A stretch of DNA of 64,000 nt from Candidatus Latescibacterota bacterium (GTDB lineage: Bacteria; Latescibacterota; UBA2968; UBA8231). Positions 49,406 through 58,230 of this stretch are shown here, one piece after another; position 1 is the stretch's first letter; the number at the start of each line of letters is the position of its first letter. The notes under the pieces were generated by a model. That model worked only from the letters and a program-made list of their open reading frames with translations, made no database searches and was not told the DNA's origin. Made by a program: the position numbers and the translations under genes. Location of the stretch: NCBI GenBank assembly GCA_965208105.1, contig OZ242318.1, forward strand, positions 4,000,001 through 4,064,000, given 5' to 3'.

Positions 49406-49434
49406 TTGACATCTTCTGATTCAACTCCTATATT
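49406..49434 (+). promoter_or_regulatory. Sigma70 promoter of the ilv-leu leader
   Basis: TTGACA-17 bp-TATATT. Confidence 0.7.
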
Positions 49435-49486
49435 ATCAAAGCCGAATAACAATCATAACTACTTGACGTTTTTAGAGTTGTCTCTT

Positions 49487-49627
49487 ATGCAGGCGAAGCG
49501 GACAGGCACCTTTCAACCCATTCCCCCGGAGATTCTCCGCGTCCGCCTCTCGGAACTTCCGCACATCTTGCCTCTTGGATTGGCACTGCCGCTAATCATC
49601 CTTCTTACCCTGGTTTTGCTCAGCTAG
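49487..49627 (+). CDS. Putative Leu/Ile/Val-rich leader (attenuator) peptide
   Basis: The last 20 residues ILPLGLALPLIILLTLVLLS contain 10 Leu, 3 Ile and 1 Val. Lies between the promoter and ilvC. Confidence 0.65.
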   Translation: MQAKRTGTFQPIPPEILRVRLSELPHILPLGLALPLIILLTLVLLS

Positions 49628-49698
49628 GGCTTCGTTTCATTTTCTTTCAGCGCACAACTCAAGAATGCAAACGAAGCCTCTGAAGAAACTTCAAAGGC
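49628..49698 (+). promoter_or_regulatory. Overlapping alternative hairpins (attenuator-like)
   Basis: GGCTTCGTTT (49628-37) pairs with AAACGAAGCC (49669-78), which overlaps the hairpin GCCT.TGAAG-AAA-CTTCA.AGGC (49676-98). Confidence 0.5.
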
Positions 49699-49764
49699 CG
49701 CGGGCTGATTTTGCCAATGCCATTTCTCAAATCACCATTCTAAACGACAGGAGATAGACCTGCC

Positions 49765-50757
49765 ATGCAGATGTACTATGACGACGACGCCAATCTGGAA
49801 CTTCTCGGCGATAAAACCGTGGCGGTTATCGGCTACGGCAGCCAAGGCCACGCCCACGCGCTGAACCTGAAGGAAAGCGGCGTCCGCGTGGTTGTGGGTC
49901 TCCGCCAGGGCAGCTCCAGCCGTGAGGACGCAGAGAAGGAGGGACTGGAGGTTTTGGATATTGCAGCAGCGGCAGCTGAGGGCGACATCGTCATGATTCT
50001 TATAAACGATGAGGTCCAACGCCGGGTCTACGAGGCGGATATCAAGCCCCACCTCAAAGCCGGCGACGCGCTGGCCTTTGCTCACGGATTCAACATTCAT
50101 TTTCAGCAGATCGTGCCGCCGGCCAATGTGGACGTGTTCATGGTGGCCCCCAAGGGACCGGGCCACCTGGTGCGGCGGGTCTACGAGCAGGGAGGTGGAG
50201 TGCCTGCGCTGCTGGCGGTATACCAGGACGCCAGCGGAAGGGCGCACGAGGTCGGTCTGGCCTATGCAAAAGGCATCGGCGCGGGCAGGGCCGGCGTGAT
50301 AGCGACCACCTTTCGCGAGGAGACGGAGACCGACCTCTTCGGCGAGCAGGCCGTCCTCTGCGGTGGCGTCAGCGAGCTGATACACGCCGGATTCGACACC
50401 CTGGTGGATGCGGGGTACCAGCCTGAAATCGCCTATTTCGAGTGTCTCCACGAGGTCAAGCTGATCGTCGATCTGATCTACGAGGGGGGTATCGCCAATA
50501 TGCGCTCCTCCATTTCGGACACCGCCGAGTTCGGCGACCTCACTCGCGGCAAGCGGATCATTACAGATGAGACACGGCAGGCCATGAAGGCAATTCTGGA
50601 TGAGGTCCAGACCGGGCAATTCGCCAGGGAATGGCTGCAGGAAAACGAGGTGGGTCGCCCGGTCTACAACGCGCGCAAGCGGCAGGACCAGGAGCACCTT
50701 GTCGAAGAGGTCGGCGCAAAGCTGCGCGGCATGATGAGCTGGCTGGACAAGCGGTAA
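49765..50757 (+). CDS. ilvC: Ketol-acid reductoisomerase
   Basis: [46 protein letters not shown]. Confidence 0.98.
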   Translation: MQMYYDDDANLELLGDKTVAVIGYGSQGHAHALNLKESGVRVVVGLRQGSSSREDAEKEGLEVLDIAAAAAEGDIVMILINDEVQRRVYEADIKPHLKAGDALAFAHGFNIHFQQIVPPANVDVFMVAPKGPGHLVRRVYEQGGGVPALLAVYQDASGRAHEVGLAYAKGIGAGRAGVIATTFREETETDLFGEQAVLCGGVSELIHAGFDTLVDAGYQPEIAYFECLHEVKLIVDLIYEGGIANMRSSISDTAEFGDLTRGKRIITDETRQAMKAILDEVQTGQFAREWLQENEVGRPVYNARKRQDQEHLVEEVGAKLRGMMSWLDKR

Positions 50758-50789
50758 CATCGGGATTCTCGAGAAAGGGGGTGAGACAG

Positions 50790-50906
50790 ATGGAACCTGG
50801 CCTCAATGACGCCCAGGAAAAGAACGAACTCGAGCTTAGCCGGCAGGTGGAACTGCATGCCGGAGGGTTCCATCTGCCCGTGGATTTTCCAGTCCGGCGC
50901 CAGTGA
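50790..50906 (+). CDS. Possible 38-aa small protein between ilvC and leuA
   Basis: GGGGGTGA RBS before ATG. The stop overlaps a GTG in the leuA frame (GTGA). Confidence 0.4.
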   Translation: MEPGLNDAQEKNELELSRQVELHAGGFHLPVDFPVRRQ

Positions 50907-50917
50907 GAGAACGACCA

Positions 50918-52462
50918 ATGACTGCGACAACGGAGAAAGACAGGGTCATCATTTTCGACACCACCCTGCGCGATGCCGAGCAGACCCCGGGAGCTTCCTT
51001 GACGGTCAGGGAAAAGCTGGAAGTAGCCCAGCAACTGGCACGGCTGCAGGTCGATGTAATCGAAGCAGGATTCCCGGTGTCGTCCAACGAGGACTTCGAA
51101 GCAGTGCGCCGAATCGGCCAGGAGGTCGAAGGTCCGGTAATCTGCGGCCTTGCCCGCGCCGTGCCAAAGGATGTGGAGCGCGCCGGCGCCGCCCTCGGGG
51201 ACGCGCCAAGGCCCAGGATCCACACCTTTATCGGCACATCGGATATTCACCTGGCGGGGCAACTGCGCAAGGGCAGGGAAGAGGTGCTGAAGATGGCTGT
51301 GGCGGCTGTAGAGCAGGCCAGATCCTACTGCGGAGACGTTGAGTTTTCGCCCATGGACGCCGCCCGCACCGAGCCCGGATACCTCAACGAGATCATCGAG
51401 GCGACGATTGCCGCGGGAGCGATGACAATCAATATCCCGGATACGGTCGGCTATGCCGTTCCCGAGGAGTTCGGGGGTCTGATAGCCCAGATTCTCGCCC
51501 GCGTTCCCGACAGCAGCGAGGCCGTCATCAGCGTTCACTGCCACGACGATCTGGGCATGGCGGTCGTCAACACCCTGGCCGCCATCAAGAACGGGGCGCG
51601 TCAAGCCGAGTGCACCATCAACGGCCTCGGTGAGAGGGCGGGCAATGCGGCGCTCGAGGAAATCGTCATGGCCCTCAGGACGCGCCAGGATTACTTCGGT
51701 TTCGACACGGCCGTGATCACCGAGGAAATCGTACCCACCAGCCGGCTCGTGAGTCGCCTGATGGGGATCCCCGTGCAACCGAACAAGGCCATCGTCGGGA
51801 CCAACGCCTTTGCCCACAGCTCGGGAATCCACCAGGACGGGGTGCTCAAGGAGCGCAGTACCTTCGAGATCATGGAGCCGAAGGACGTTGGGCTGGAGGA
51901 CACCGAGATCGTGCTGACGGCGCGCTCGGGCCGCGCCGCCCTGCGCCATCGGCTGAAGGTTCTGGGTTACGAACTTGAGCAGGAGGAGCTGGACAGGGTC
52001 TACGATACCTTCCTGGCTCTGGCCGACAAGAAAAAGGAGATCTTCGACGAGGATCTGATCGAGATCGTCGGCGGCTCGGAGGAGGCAGCCGCTTACTTCG
52101 AGCTCCAGTATCTGCATTCGGTCAGCGGCACCGGCACGGTGCCCTCGGCAACGGTGCGCATGCGCATCGGGGAAGAGACGGTCCAGCAATCTTCCTGGGG
52201 AGACGGTCCGGTGGATGCGGCCTATGCCGCCATTGGCGTGGCCTGCGGCACCGATGCCCGCCTGGACGACTACGCCATCCGCGCCATCACCTCCGGCAGT
52301 CAGGCGCTGGGAGAGGTGACGGTTCACCTGTCGCAAAACGGGGAGAAGGCCAGGGGACGGGGTGTTTCAACCGATGTCATCGAGGCCAGCGCCAGAGCTT
52401 ACGTAGACGCGCTGAACCGCCTGGCCGCCAAGAGTACCAAGGAAGCACATCAGACCGTGTAG
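50918..52462 (+). CDS. leuA: 2-isopropylmalate synthase
   Basis: IFDTTLRD.EQ, SVHCHDDLG, INGLGERAGNA, HSSGIHQDG, C-terminal regulatory domain. Alternative GTG start at 50903. Confidence 0.97.
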   Translation: MTATTEKDRVIIFDTTLRDAEQTPGASLTVREKLEVAQQLARLQVDVIEAGFPVSSNEDFEAVRRIGQEVEGPVICGLARAVPKDVERAGAALGDAPRPRIHTFIGTSDIHLAGQLRKGREEVLKMAVAAVEQARSYCGDVEFSPMDAARTEPGYLNEIIEATIAAGAMTINIPDTVGYAVPEEFGGLIAQILARVPDSSEAVISVHCHDDLGMAVVNTLAAIKNGARQAECTINGLGERAGNAALEEIVMALRTRQDYFGFDTAVITEEIVPTSRLVSRLMGIPVQPNKAIVGTNAFAHSSGIHQDGVLKERSTFEIMEPKDVGLEDTEIVLTARSGRAALRHRLKVLGYELEQEELDRVYDTFLALADKKKEIFDEDLIEIVGGSEEAAAYFELQYLHSVSGTGTVPSATVRMRIGEETVQQSSWGDGPVDAAYAAIGVACGTDARLDDYAIRAITSGSQALGEVTVHLSQNGEKARGRGVSTDVIEASARAYVDALNRLAAKSTKEAHQTV

Positions 52463-52474
52463 AGGAGATTGGAG

Positions 52475-53872
52475 ATGGGAAGAACCCTATTGCAGAAGGT
52501 CTGGGAGGCGCATACCGTGCGCCAGTTGCCCTCGGGGCAGACCCAGTTGTTCGTCGGCCTCCATCTGGTTCACGAGGTGACCAGTCCCCAGGCCTTTGAA
52601 ATGCTGCGGGATCGCGGCCTCACCGTGCGCTTTCCCGAGCGGACCTTCGCTACGGTGGATCACATCGTGCCCACAGACCTTACCCGCCGGCCATTTGACG
52701 ACGACCTGGCCGAGGAGATGATGGACGCGATAGAGAAAAACGCGGCCGAGTTCGAGGTCCCGCTCTTCAACGTCGGAGACCAGCGTCAGGGGGTGGTTCA
52801 CGTTATCGGTCCGGAGCTGGGACTGACACAGCCGGGGATGACCATTGCCTGCGGCGACAGCCACACTTCGACGCACGGAGCCTTCGGCGCGGTTGCATTC
52901 GGGATCGGCACCAGCCAGGTCCGCGACGTGCTCGCCACCCAGTGTCTGGCCATGGATCCCCTCAAGGTGCGGCGGATCGAGATCGGCGGCAACTTGAGCG
53001 CGGGGGTCTACGCCAAGGACGTCATCCTGCACATTATCGGGCGCCTGGGGGTGAAGGGGGGCGTGGGCTACGGCTACGAGTACGGCGGCCGGGTCATCGA
53101 GGCCCTGACCATGGAGGAGCGGATGACCGTGTGCAACATGTCCATCGAGGGCGGTGCCCGGGTCGGCTACGTGAATCCGGACCGGACGACCTTCGAATAC
53201 CTCAGGGGGCGTCCCCACTCGCCGAGGGAGTTCGAGGAGGCGGTAGCCTGGTGGAAAGGCATGGCCTCGGACCTGGACGCCGAGTACGACGACGTGGTGC
53301 GCCTGAAAGGGGAGGACATAGGCCCTACCGTCACCTGGGGGATCACCCCGGGCCAGTCGGTTGGCGTCGACCATGCCCTTCCCTCCCTCTCGGCCTTTAC
53401 CGAAGCCGATCGCTCCGGCGTCGAGGAGGCCCTGTCCTATATGGATTTCGAGCCCGGCCAGAAGATCGCCGGAACCAGGGTGGACGTCGCGTTCATCGGC
53501 TCGTGTACCAACGGCCGGCTCTCCGACCTGCGCGAGGCAGCCAGGGTCGTCCGAGGGCGCAAGGTCGCTCCCTGGGTCAGGGCTCTCGTGGTGCCCGGCT
53601 CACAGCAGGTACGGGCGGCCGCAGAGGCCGAAGGTCTGCACGAGCTCTTCTCGGAGGCGGGGTTCCAGTGGCGGGACGCCGGATGCTCGATGTGCCTGGC
53701 GATGAACCCAGACAAACTGCAGGGCCGCGAGCTCTGCGCCTCGTCGTCCAACCGCAACTTCAAGGGCCGCCAGGGCAGTCCAACCGGCCGCACCCTGCTG
53801 ATGAGTCCGGCGATGGTCGCCGCCGCGGCGGTGACCGGCGAGGTGGCGGACGTGCGCGAGCTGGTGGAGTAG
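52475..53872 (+). CDS. leuC: 3-isopropylmalate dehydratase large subunit
   Basis: [49 protein letters not shown]. Confidence 0.98.
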   Translation: MGRTLLQKVWEAHTVRQLPSGQTQLFVGLHLVHEVTSPQAFEMLRDRGLTVRFPERTFATVDHIVPTDLTRRPFDDDLAEEMMDAIEKNAAEFEVPLFNVGDQRQGVVHVIGPELGLTQPGMTIACGDSHTSTHGAFGAVAFGIGTSQVRDVLATQCLAMDPLKVRRIEIGGNLSAGVYAKDVILHIIGRLGVKGGVGYGYEYGGRVIEALTMEERMTVCNMSIEGGARVGYVNPDRTTFEYLRGRPHSPREFEEAVAWWKGMASDLDAEYDDVVRLKGEDIGPTVTWGITPGQSVGVDHALPSLSAFTEADRSGVEEALSYMDFEPGQKIAGTRVDVAFIGSCTNGRLSDLREAARVVRGRKVAPWVRALVVPGSQQVRAAAEAEGLHELFSEAGFQWRDAGCSMCLAMNPDKLQGRELCASSSNRNFKGRQGSPTGRTLLMSPAMVAAAAVTGEVADVRELVE

Positions 53873-53954
53873 AGGGCGGTCGCCTGGCTTCGTTCGCAGC
53901 GGGCCGTCAGGAAAGCGCCGGTCAGCAAGACCAGACAACGGCCAGTGAATAGCA

Positions 53955-54989
53955 ATGCACCACGTCGATGAATTGCCTGCCTTTCCCGAGGGGTGGTATT
54001 TCGTAGCCACCCGGGAGAACATCCTCCGAGAGAAACTGATCGGGAAGAGATGGCTGGGTGAGGAAATCGTCGCCTGGTGCGACGAGGCGGGCCGCGTCTG
54101 CGTGGCGGACGCGGTATGTCCGCACCTGGGCTCCTACCTGGGGCCGGAGGTGGGCGGCCAGGTATGCGAGGGTCGCCTGGTCTGTCCGTTCCACGGGTTC
54201 GAGTTCGATACGACCGGCCAATGCGTCGCGACTCCGAATGCACCGGCGCCCAGAGCCGCTAAACTGAAGGTATACGAGACCAGGGTTATCCTGGGCCTGG
54301 TCTTCGCCTGGTTCGGGAGCGGAGGCCGGCCCCCACATTGGGAGCTTCCAGGCGCCCCGCCCACCGGCGAGGAGTGGGGCGGGATGGGATACCGGACCCT
54401 GCGGTTCCGCGGCCATCCCCAGGAAACAGCAGAGAATTCGGTGGACCTGGGACACCTGCGCTACGTACACGGCTACGACAATGTGAACCCGGTGGGCTCG
54501 GTAACGGTGGAAGGTGCCTACCTGAGGAGTTGCTTCGACTTCAAACGCGTTCGCAGGATCCTGGGTGTAAAGGACCTCGTGTACGAAATTTCGGCCGTGA
54601 CCCACGTCCATGGACTGGGCTACTCTTTCGTCGAAATCCACGAGAAGACCATCGGTATGAATGCCAGGCTGTGGGTGCTTCCCACACCGGTTGACGGCAC
54701 CCTCCTCGACTTTGTCCTGGTAAGCCAGATGCGGGAAATCCCCAGGCCCCGCAGGTTCATCACGGGTCTGGGGTTCGTTCCCGGGAAGCTGCGCCAGAAA
54801 TTGATGAATCACATTATGCTTTCACAGCAAAAGCGGGATGTGCTGCAGGATGTGGTGATCTGGGAACGGAAGCGGTATCGGACTCCCCCCCGGCTGTGTG
54901 CGGCCGACGGCCCCATAGGGAAGTACCGCCGCTATTGCCGGCAGTTCTATTCCGAACGCTCCGAAGACCCGCCGGAGGCAGCCGACTAG
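53955..54989 (+). CDS. Rieske non-heme iron oxygenase, Neverland/DAF-36 (sterol 7-desaturase) or KshA-like
   Basis: FPEGWY, CPHLG...CPFHG Rieske ligands, ENSVDLGHLRYVH Fe motif, QDVVIWERKRY, DGPIGKYRRYCRQFY. Confidence 0.85.
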   Translation: MHHVDELPAFPEGWYFVATRENILREKLIGKRWLGEEIVAWCDEAGRVCVADAVCPHLGSYLGPEVGGQVCEGRLVCPFHGFEFDTTGQCVATPNAPAPRAAKLKVYETRVILGLVFAWFGSGGRPPHWELPGAPPTGEEWGGMGYRTLRFRGHPQETAENSVDLGHLRYVHGYDNVNPVGSVTVEGAYLRSCFDFKRVRRILGVKDLVYEISAVTHVHGLGYSFVEIHEKTIGMNARLWVLPTPVDGTLLDFVLVSQMREIPRPRRFITGLGFVPGKLRQKLMNHIMLSQQKRDVLQDVVIWERKRYRTPPRLCAADGPIGKYRRYCRQFYSERSEDPPEAAD

Positions 54990-55081
54990 GCCGCAGACGG
55001 GAAGGCCGGGAGGAAAGCCGCGGCAAATCGCCATTATCGGCGGGGGCGTATCAGGGCTTGGGCCGCGTGAGCCCCGAACCA

Positions 55082-56125
55082 TCACCCGGCCTGAAGAGGC
55101 TTACGAGCCAGGAAACAGTACAGCGGCGTAAAGATACCCGCCTTGCCACCCGCGATATAAGCCTCCGCGGTCCGGTCCAGGAGTCGGACGACTTCCGCGG
55201 AGCCCTTCGGAAAGAGCCGCAGTACTTCAGCCAGCTTCAATCCTGCGATGACCGCTTTACGGCCCCACGGAAGCCTGTGCAAGGCGTTCCCAACCGTCCC
55301 ATGGCGACTCTCCATGGGTTGATACCAAGGTGTGGAGGGTCCTTCCTGGATGTCCCGGTCCATCCCTTCCATGACTTGGAATCCCGCGGCTTCGAGCGCG
55401 TGATTCACTTCCCCGAAGGTGGCGATTTCCTTCAGCGCAATGCCGTGCATGAGATCCTCCTCGATGGCCCGGTGCCGGTCGTCCTTCGGATCGAACTTGC
55501 CCGTCAGACACATTTCCTGCCCCCAGAACAGGGCACCGGGTTTCAGCACGCGGAATATCTCCTCGAAGGCGCGTTGCTTGTCCGGCGCATGGCACGTTGA
55601 CTCTATGGCATAACCCCCATCGAAAGTGTCGTCCTCGATGGCGCTCATGTCCATGAAGCTGCACCTCTCGAAATCGACCATGTGATCAAGCCCCGCCTCG
55701 GCGTTCAACCTTTTCGCCTCTTCCAACTGGATCTCATTGATGTTGATTCCCACGACCCTGACACCGGCCTCACGGACGACGCGGCGCATGGGGGCTCCGA
55801 CTCCACAACCAACGTCGACCACCGTCATACCCTGTTGCAGCTCCAACTTGGAAATCATCACCCGCTGATGCCGGACCTTGGACTCCTCCAGACTCTCATG
55901 AGGCGTGAGGGGCGCGAAGTGCAGGGACTGGCCCCAGCCCCACACCATGAACTTGCTGCAAAGGTCGTAATAGTCTTTCACTGTTTCCGAGTGATCGTAC
56001 CCGCCCGCGCCACCGGGCTCCAGCGCCGCCCGGTCGAGCCAGCCGTCGAAGTGCTGCACTCGACGTGCAACGCCCGATGCCCGGTACGCATCTCTCAGCT
56101 CTCTCGACAGTTTGCCCAGCCGCAT
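55082..56125 (-). CDS. Sterol C-24 methyltransferase-like (ERG6/SMT) protein
   Basis: YYD..WGWGQSLHFAP (region I), VDVGCGVGAPMR, YAIESTCHAP, RVLKPG, C-terminal GGKAGIFTPLYCFLARKP (Sterol_MT_C-like). Confidence 0.88.
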   Translation of the reverse strand: MRLGKLSRELRDAYRASGVARRVQHFDGWLDRAALEPGGAGGYDHSETVKDYYDLCSKFMVWGWGQSLHFAPLTPHESLEESKVRHQRVMISKLELQQGMTVVDVGCGVGAPMRRVVREAGVRVVGININEIQLEEAKRLNAEAGLDHMVDFERCSFMDMSAIEDDTFDGGYAIESTCHAPDKQRAFEEIFRVLKPGALFWGQEMCLTGKFDPKDDRHRAIEEDLMHGIALKEIATFGEVNHALEAAGFQVMEGMDRDIQEGPSTPWYQPMESRHGTVGNALHRLPWGRKAVIAGLKLAEVLRLFPKGSAEVVRLLDRTAEAYIAGGKAGIFTPLYCFLARKPLQAG

Positions 56126-56165
56126 TTCGTGGTGTTTCCCCCTGGCTCCACGGGGAGCCAAGTCG

Positions 56166-58199
56166 TCAGGCGGACAGCTCCCGCCGCTGCTCGGTGATGC
56201 GGAACTTCAGCTTCTTGCTCGGTTTCAGCGACGGAAACGGACTGAAACGGAGCTTGTGCTTGTACTTCGCCGGCGACACCTCAATCGTGAAGTAGTGCGC
56301 CAGCATCAGCAAGTTGGCCGCCAGGTGCAGCTCCATCCACCGGGTGCCGAGGCACTTGTGCGTGCCCAGCCCGTACGGGGCGTACCCGGGGTTGCGATGC
56401 TCATGGCGCGGCGGCAGGTAGCGGTCGATGTCGAACTTGTAGGGGTCGGGAAAGACCTCGCTCATGTAATGCGTTGCGGTCATGGCGATGTGGATCCGTT
56501 CCCCCATGGGCAGCTCGCAATTCTCGACCACGCAGGTATTCATCACGTTCCGAATGGAAAGGGAGACGATCGGGTACAGGCGCATGCACTCCATGAGGAA
56601 GCGGTGCGTCACGTCGATGTTGGCGGGGGTGAAGTCCTCTCTCTCGGGGTCGCCCTTGGCGAACAGGGCATCTGCTTCGGCCTGGATCCTGGCGTAGAGG
56701 TCGGGCTGCGACGCCATGGCGTAGATTACGAGGCTGAACATATCGCCGAGGTACACGCTGGCAATCAAGGCCGCGGAGAAGGCGAAGCGCAGGTTGGACT
56801 CCGGGAGAAACTGCGGGTCGCTCGCGTGCAGGCTGAGGTAATCGTCCACCAGGTCCCGCGGGCTGTCCGCCCGTTGGGCGGGGGTATGGACGCCCTGGAC
56901 CCGCTGCATCAGCGTGTCCAGGGCTTTCGCCCGGCGTCTCATGCCCGGGGTGTTCAGCGTGAATCTGGGCAGGAGCCTGGCCACGTGCACGCTGAGGGCC
57001 CGCAATTTGTAGGCCATCAGGTCGTCCATGAGGTCCTGGGTATCGACGCCGATGAACAGTGGCGAGAGCTGGGCGTTCACCATCGCCCTGCACATGGACG
57101 TGGCGCGGTAGGAGTCCCCGACCGTCAGGCTCGCAAGGTACTCGCGCCCCAGATTGTAGAGCTGGTCCAGCTGCCCTCCCAGCCTCCCGCCGGAATAGGC
57201 CGGCGACAGGGACTTGCGAAGCCGGAAGTGATCGGCGCCGTCCAGGGCGGGCAGGACGCCGGAGGCGCCGTAGACCTTCTCGAAGTCGCTGAAATAGTCC
57301 CTGGCTCTCAGGTACATGCGCCCGCGCTTGTGCACCCAGCGGTTCGCTTCGGGTCCGGCCAGGAAAACCATGGGTTTGGAGAAAGGAGGGCGGATCTGGA
57401 ACACCGGGCCGTACTCCTCCGCAAGGTTCCCGAAGAGCGCGTTCAGGTTGCCGTCTCGAACATGCGGGTTCAGCAGCAGCCTGGACAGCGAAACCGTCGG
57501 AATCTTCCTGGCAAGGGCAGGGCGTTGAAGGGCCGGGCCGGCGAGGTTCTGAGAGACCGCAGCGGCCAGGGAGCGGCCGATCAGGTCCATCCTGCAGATG
57601 AACTCGATGCGCTCCTCCGCCTCGTCGTCGAGCTGGAATATGAAACGGAATACGTCGCAGGTATTGACGAGGCAGATGATGATGACATCTCTCGGATCGG
57701 GAATCTCGTCGGTGAAGATGACCCTGCTGATACGGGTCCTTATGAACTGGCCCTCAGTGCCCTCCTCCGACGTTCCGGACAGTTCCCCATGCCGGACGGC
57801 AGGAGCCAGTGTCCAGAATTCGCCGTCGTGGTATTCCAGGATGTTCAGGCCAACCAGGCGGTCCAGAACCGAATCGATGATCGACTCCGCACGGGGAGCG
57901 AGCCGTTCGATCCAGTACTGGGCGTTGTGTTGCCTTGGTGCGTCCGCGATTTCCTTGAGGATGGGGTCCAGGGCGGGGTTGCCGGTTTCTGTCGCGTCCA
58001 CGAGGAACAGGGACTCCATGTCCGTGTCGATGCGGGATCTGAGCGAAAGCTCCGCGAGCACGGCGCCGGCCACGGCGCAGTTCAGGTGCCAGCCGGGTAC
58101 CTGGTGAAAGTAGCCGGTCTCCTCGTTGAGGAGCATCAGGATGAGTTCTTGAGTCAAAGTCAGCGGTTGGGTCGTCAAATCCTCGGTAGTATCAGCCAT
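56166..58199 (-). CDS. GPP34/GOLPH3-like domain fused to cytochrome P450
   Basis: N-terminal LTLTQELILMLLNEETG..AGAVLAELSLRSRI..TGNPALDPIL. C-terminal ECMRLYP (ExxR), FDIDRY, PYGLGTHKCLG heme motif. GGAGG RBS. Confidence 0.88.
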   Translation of the reverse strand: MADTTEDLTTQPLTLTQELILMLLNEETGYFHQVPGWHLNCAVAGAVLAELSLRSRIDTDMESLFLVDATETGNPALDPILKEIADAPRQHNAQYWIERLAPRAESIIDSVLDRLVGLNILEYHDGEFWTLAPAVRHGELSGTSEEGTEGQFIRTRISRVIFTDEIPDPRDVIIICLVNTCDVFRFIFQLDDEAEERIEFICRMDLIGRSLAAAVSQNLAGPALQRPALARKIPTVSLSRLLLNPHVRDGNLNALFGNLAEEYGPVFQIRPPFSKPMVFLAGPEANRWVHKRGRMYLRARDYFSDFEKVYGASGVLPALDGADHFRLRKSLSPAYSGGRLGGQLDQLYNLGREYLASLTVGDSYRATSMCRAMVNAQLSPLFIGVDTQDLMDDLMAYKLRALSVHVARLLPRFTLNTPGMRRRAKALDTLMQRVQGVHTPAQRADSPRDLVDDYLSLHASDPQFLPESNLRFAFSAALIASVYLGDMFSLVIYAMASQPDLYARIQAEADALFAKGDPEREDFTPANIDVTHRFLMECMRLYPIVSLSIRNVMNTCVVENCELPMGERIHIAMTATHYMSEVFPDPYKFDIDRYLPPRHEHRNPGYAPYGLGTHKCLGTRWMELHLAANLLMLAHYFTIEVSPAKYKHKLRFSPFPSLKPSKKLKFRITEQRRELSA

Positions 58200-58230
58200 C
58201 GGTTTCTGCCTCCCTGCATCATGAAGTGCA

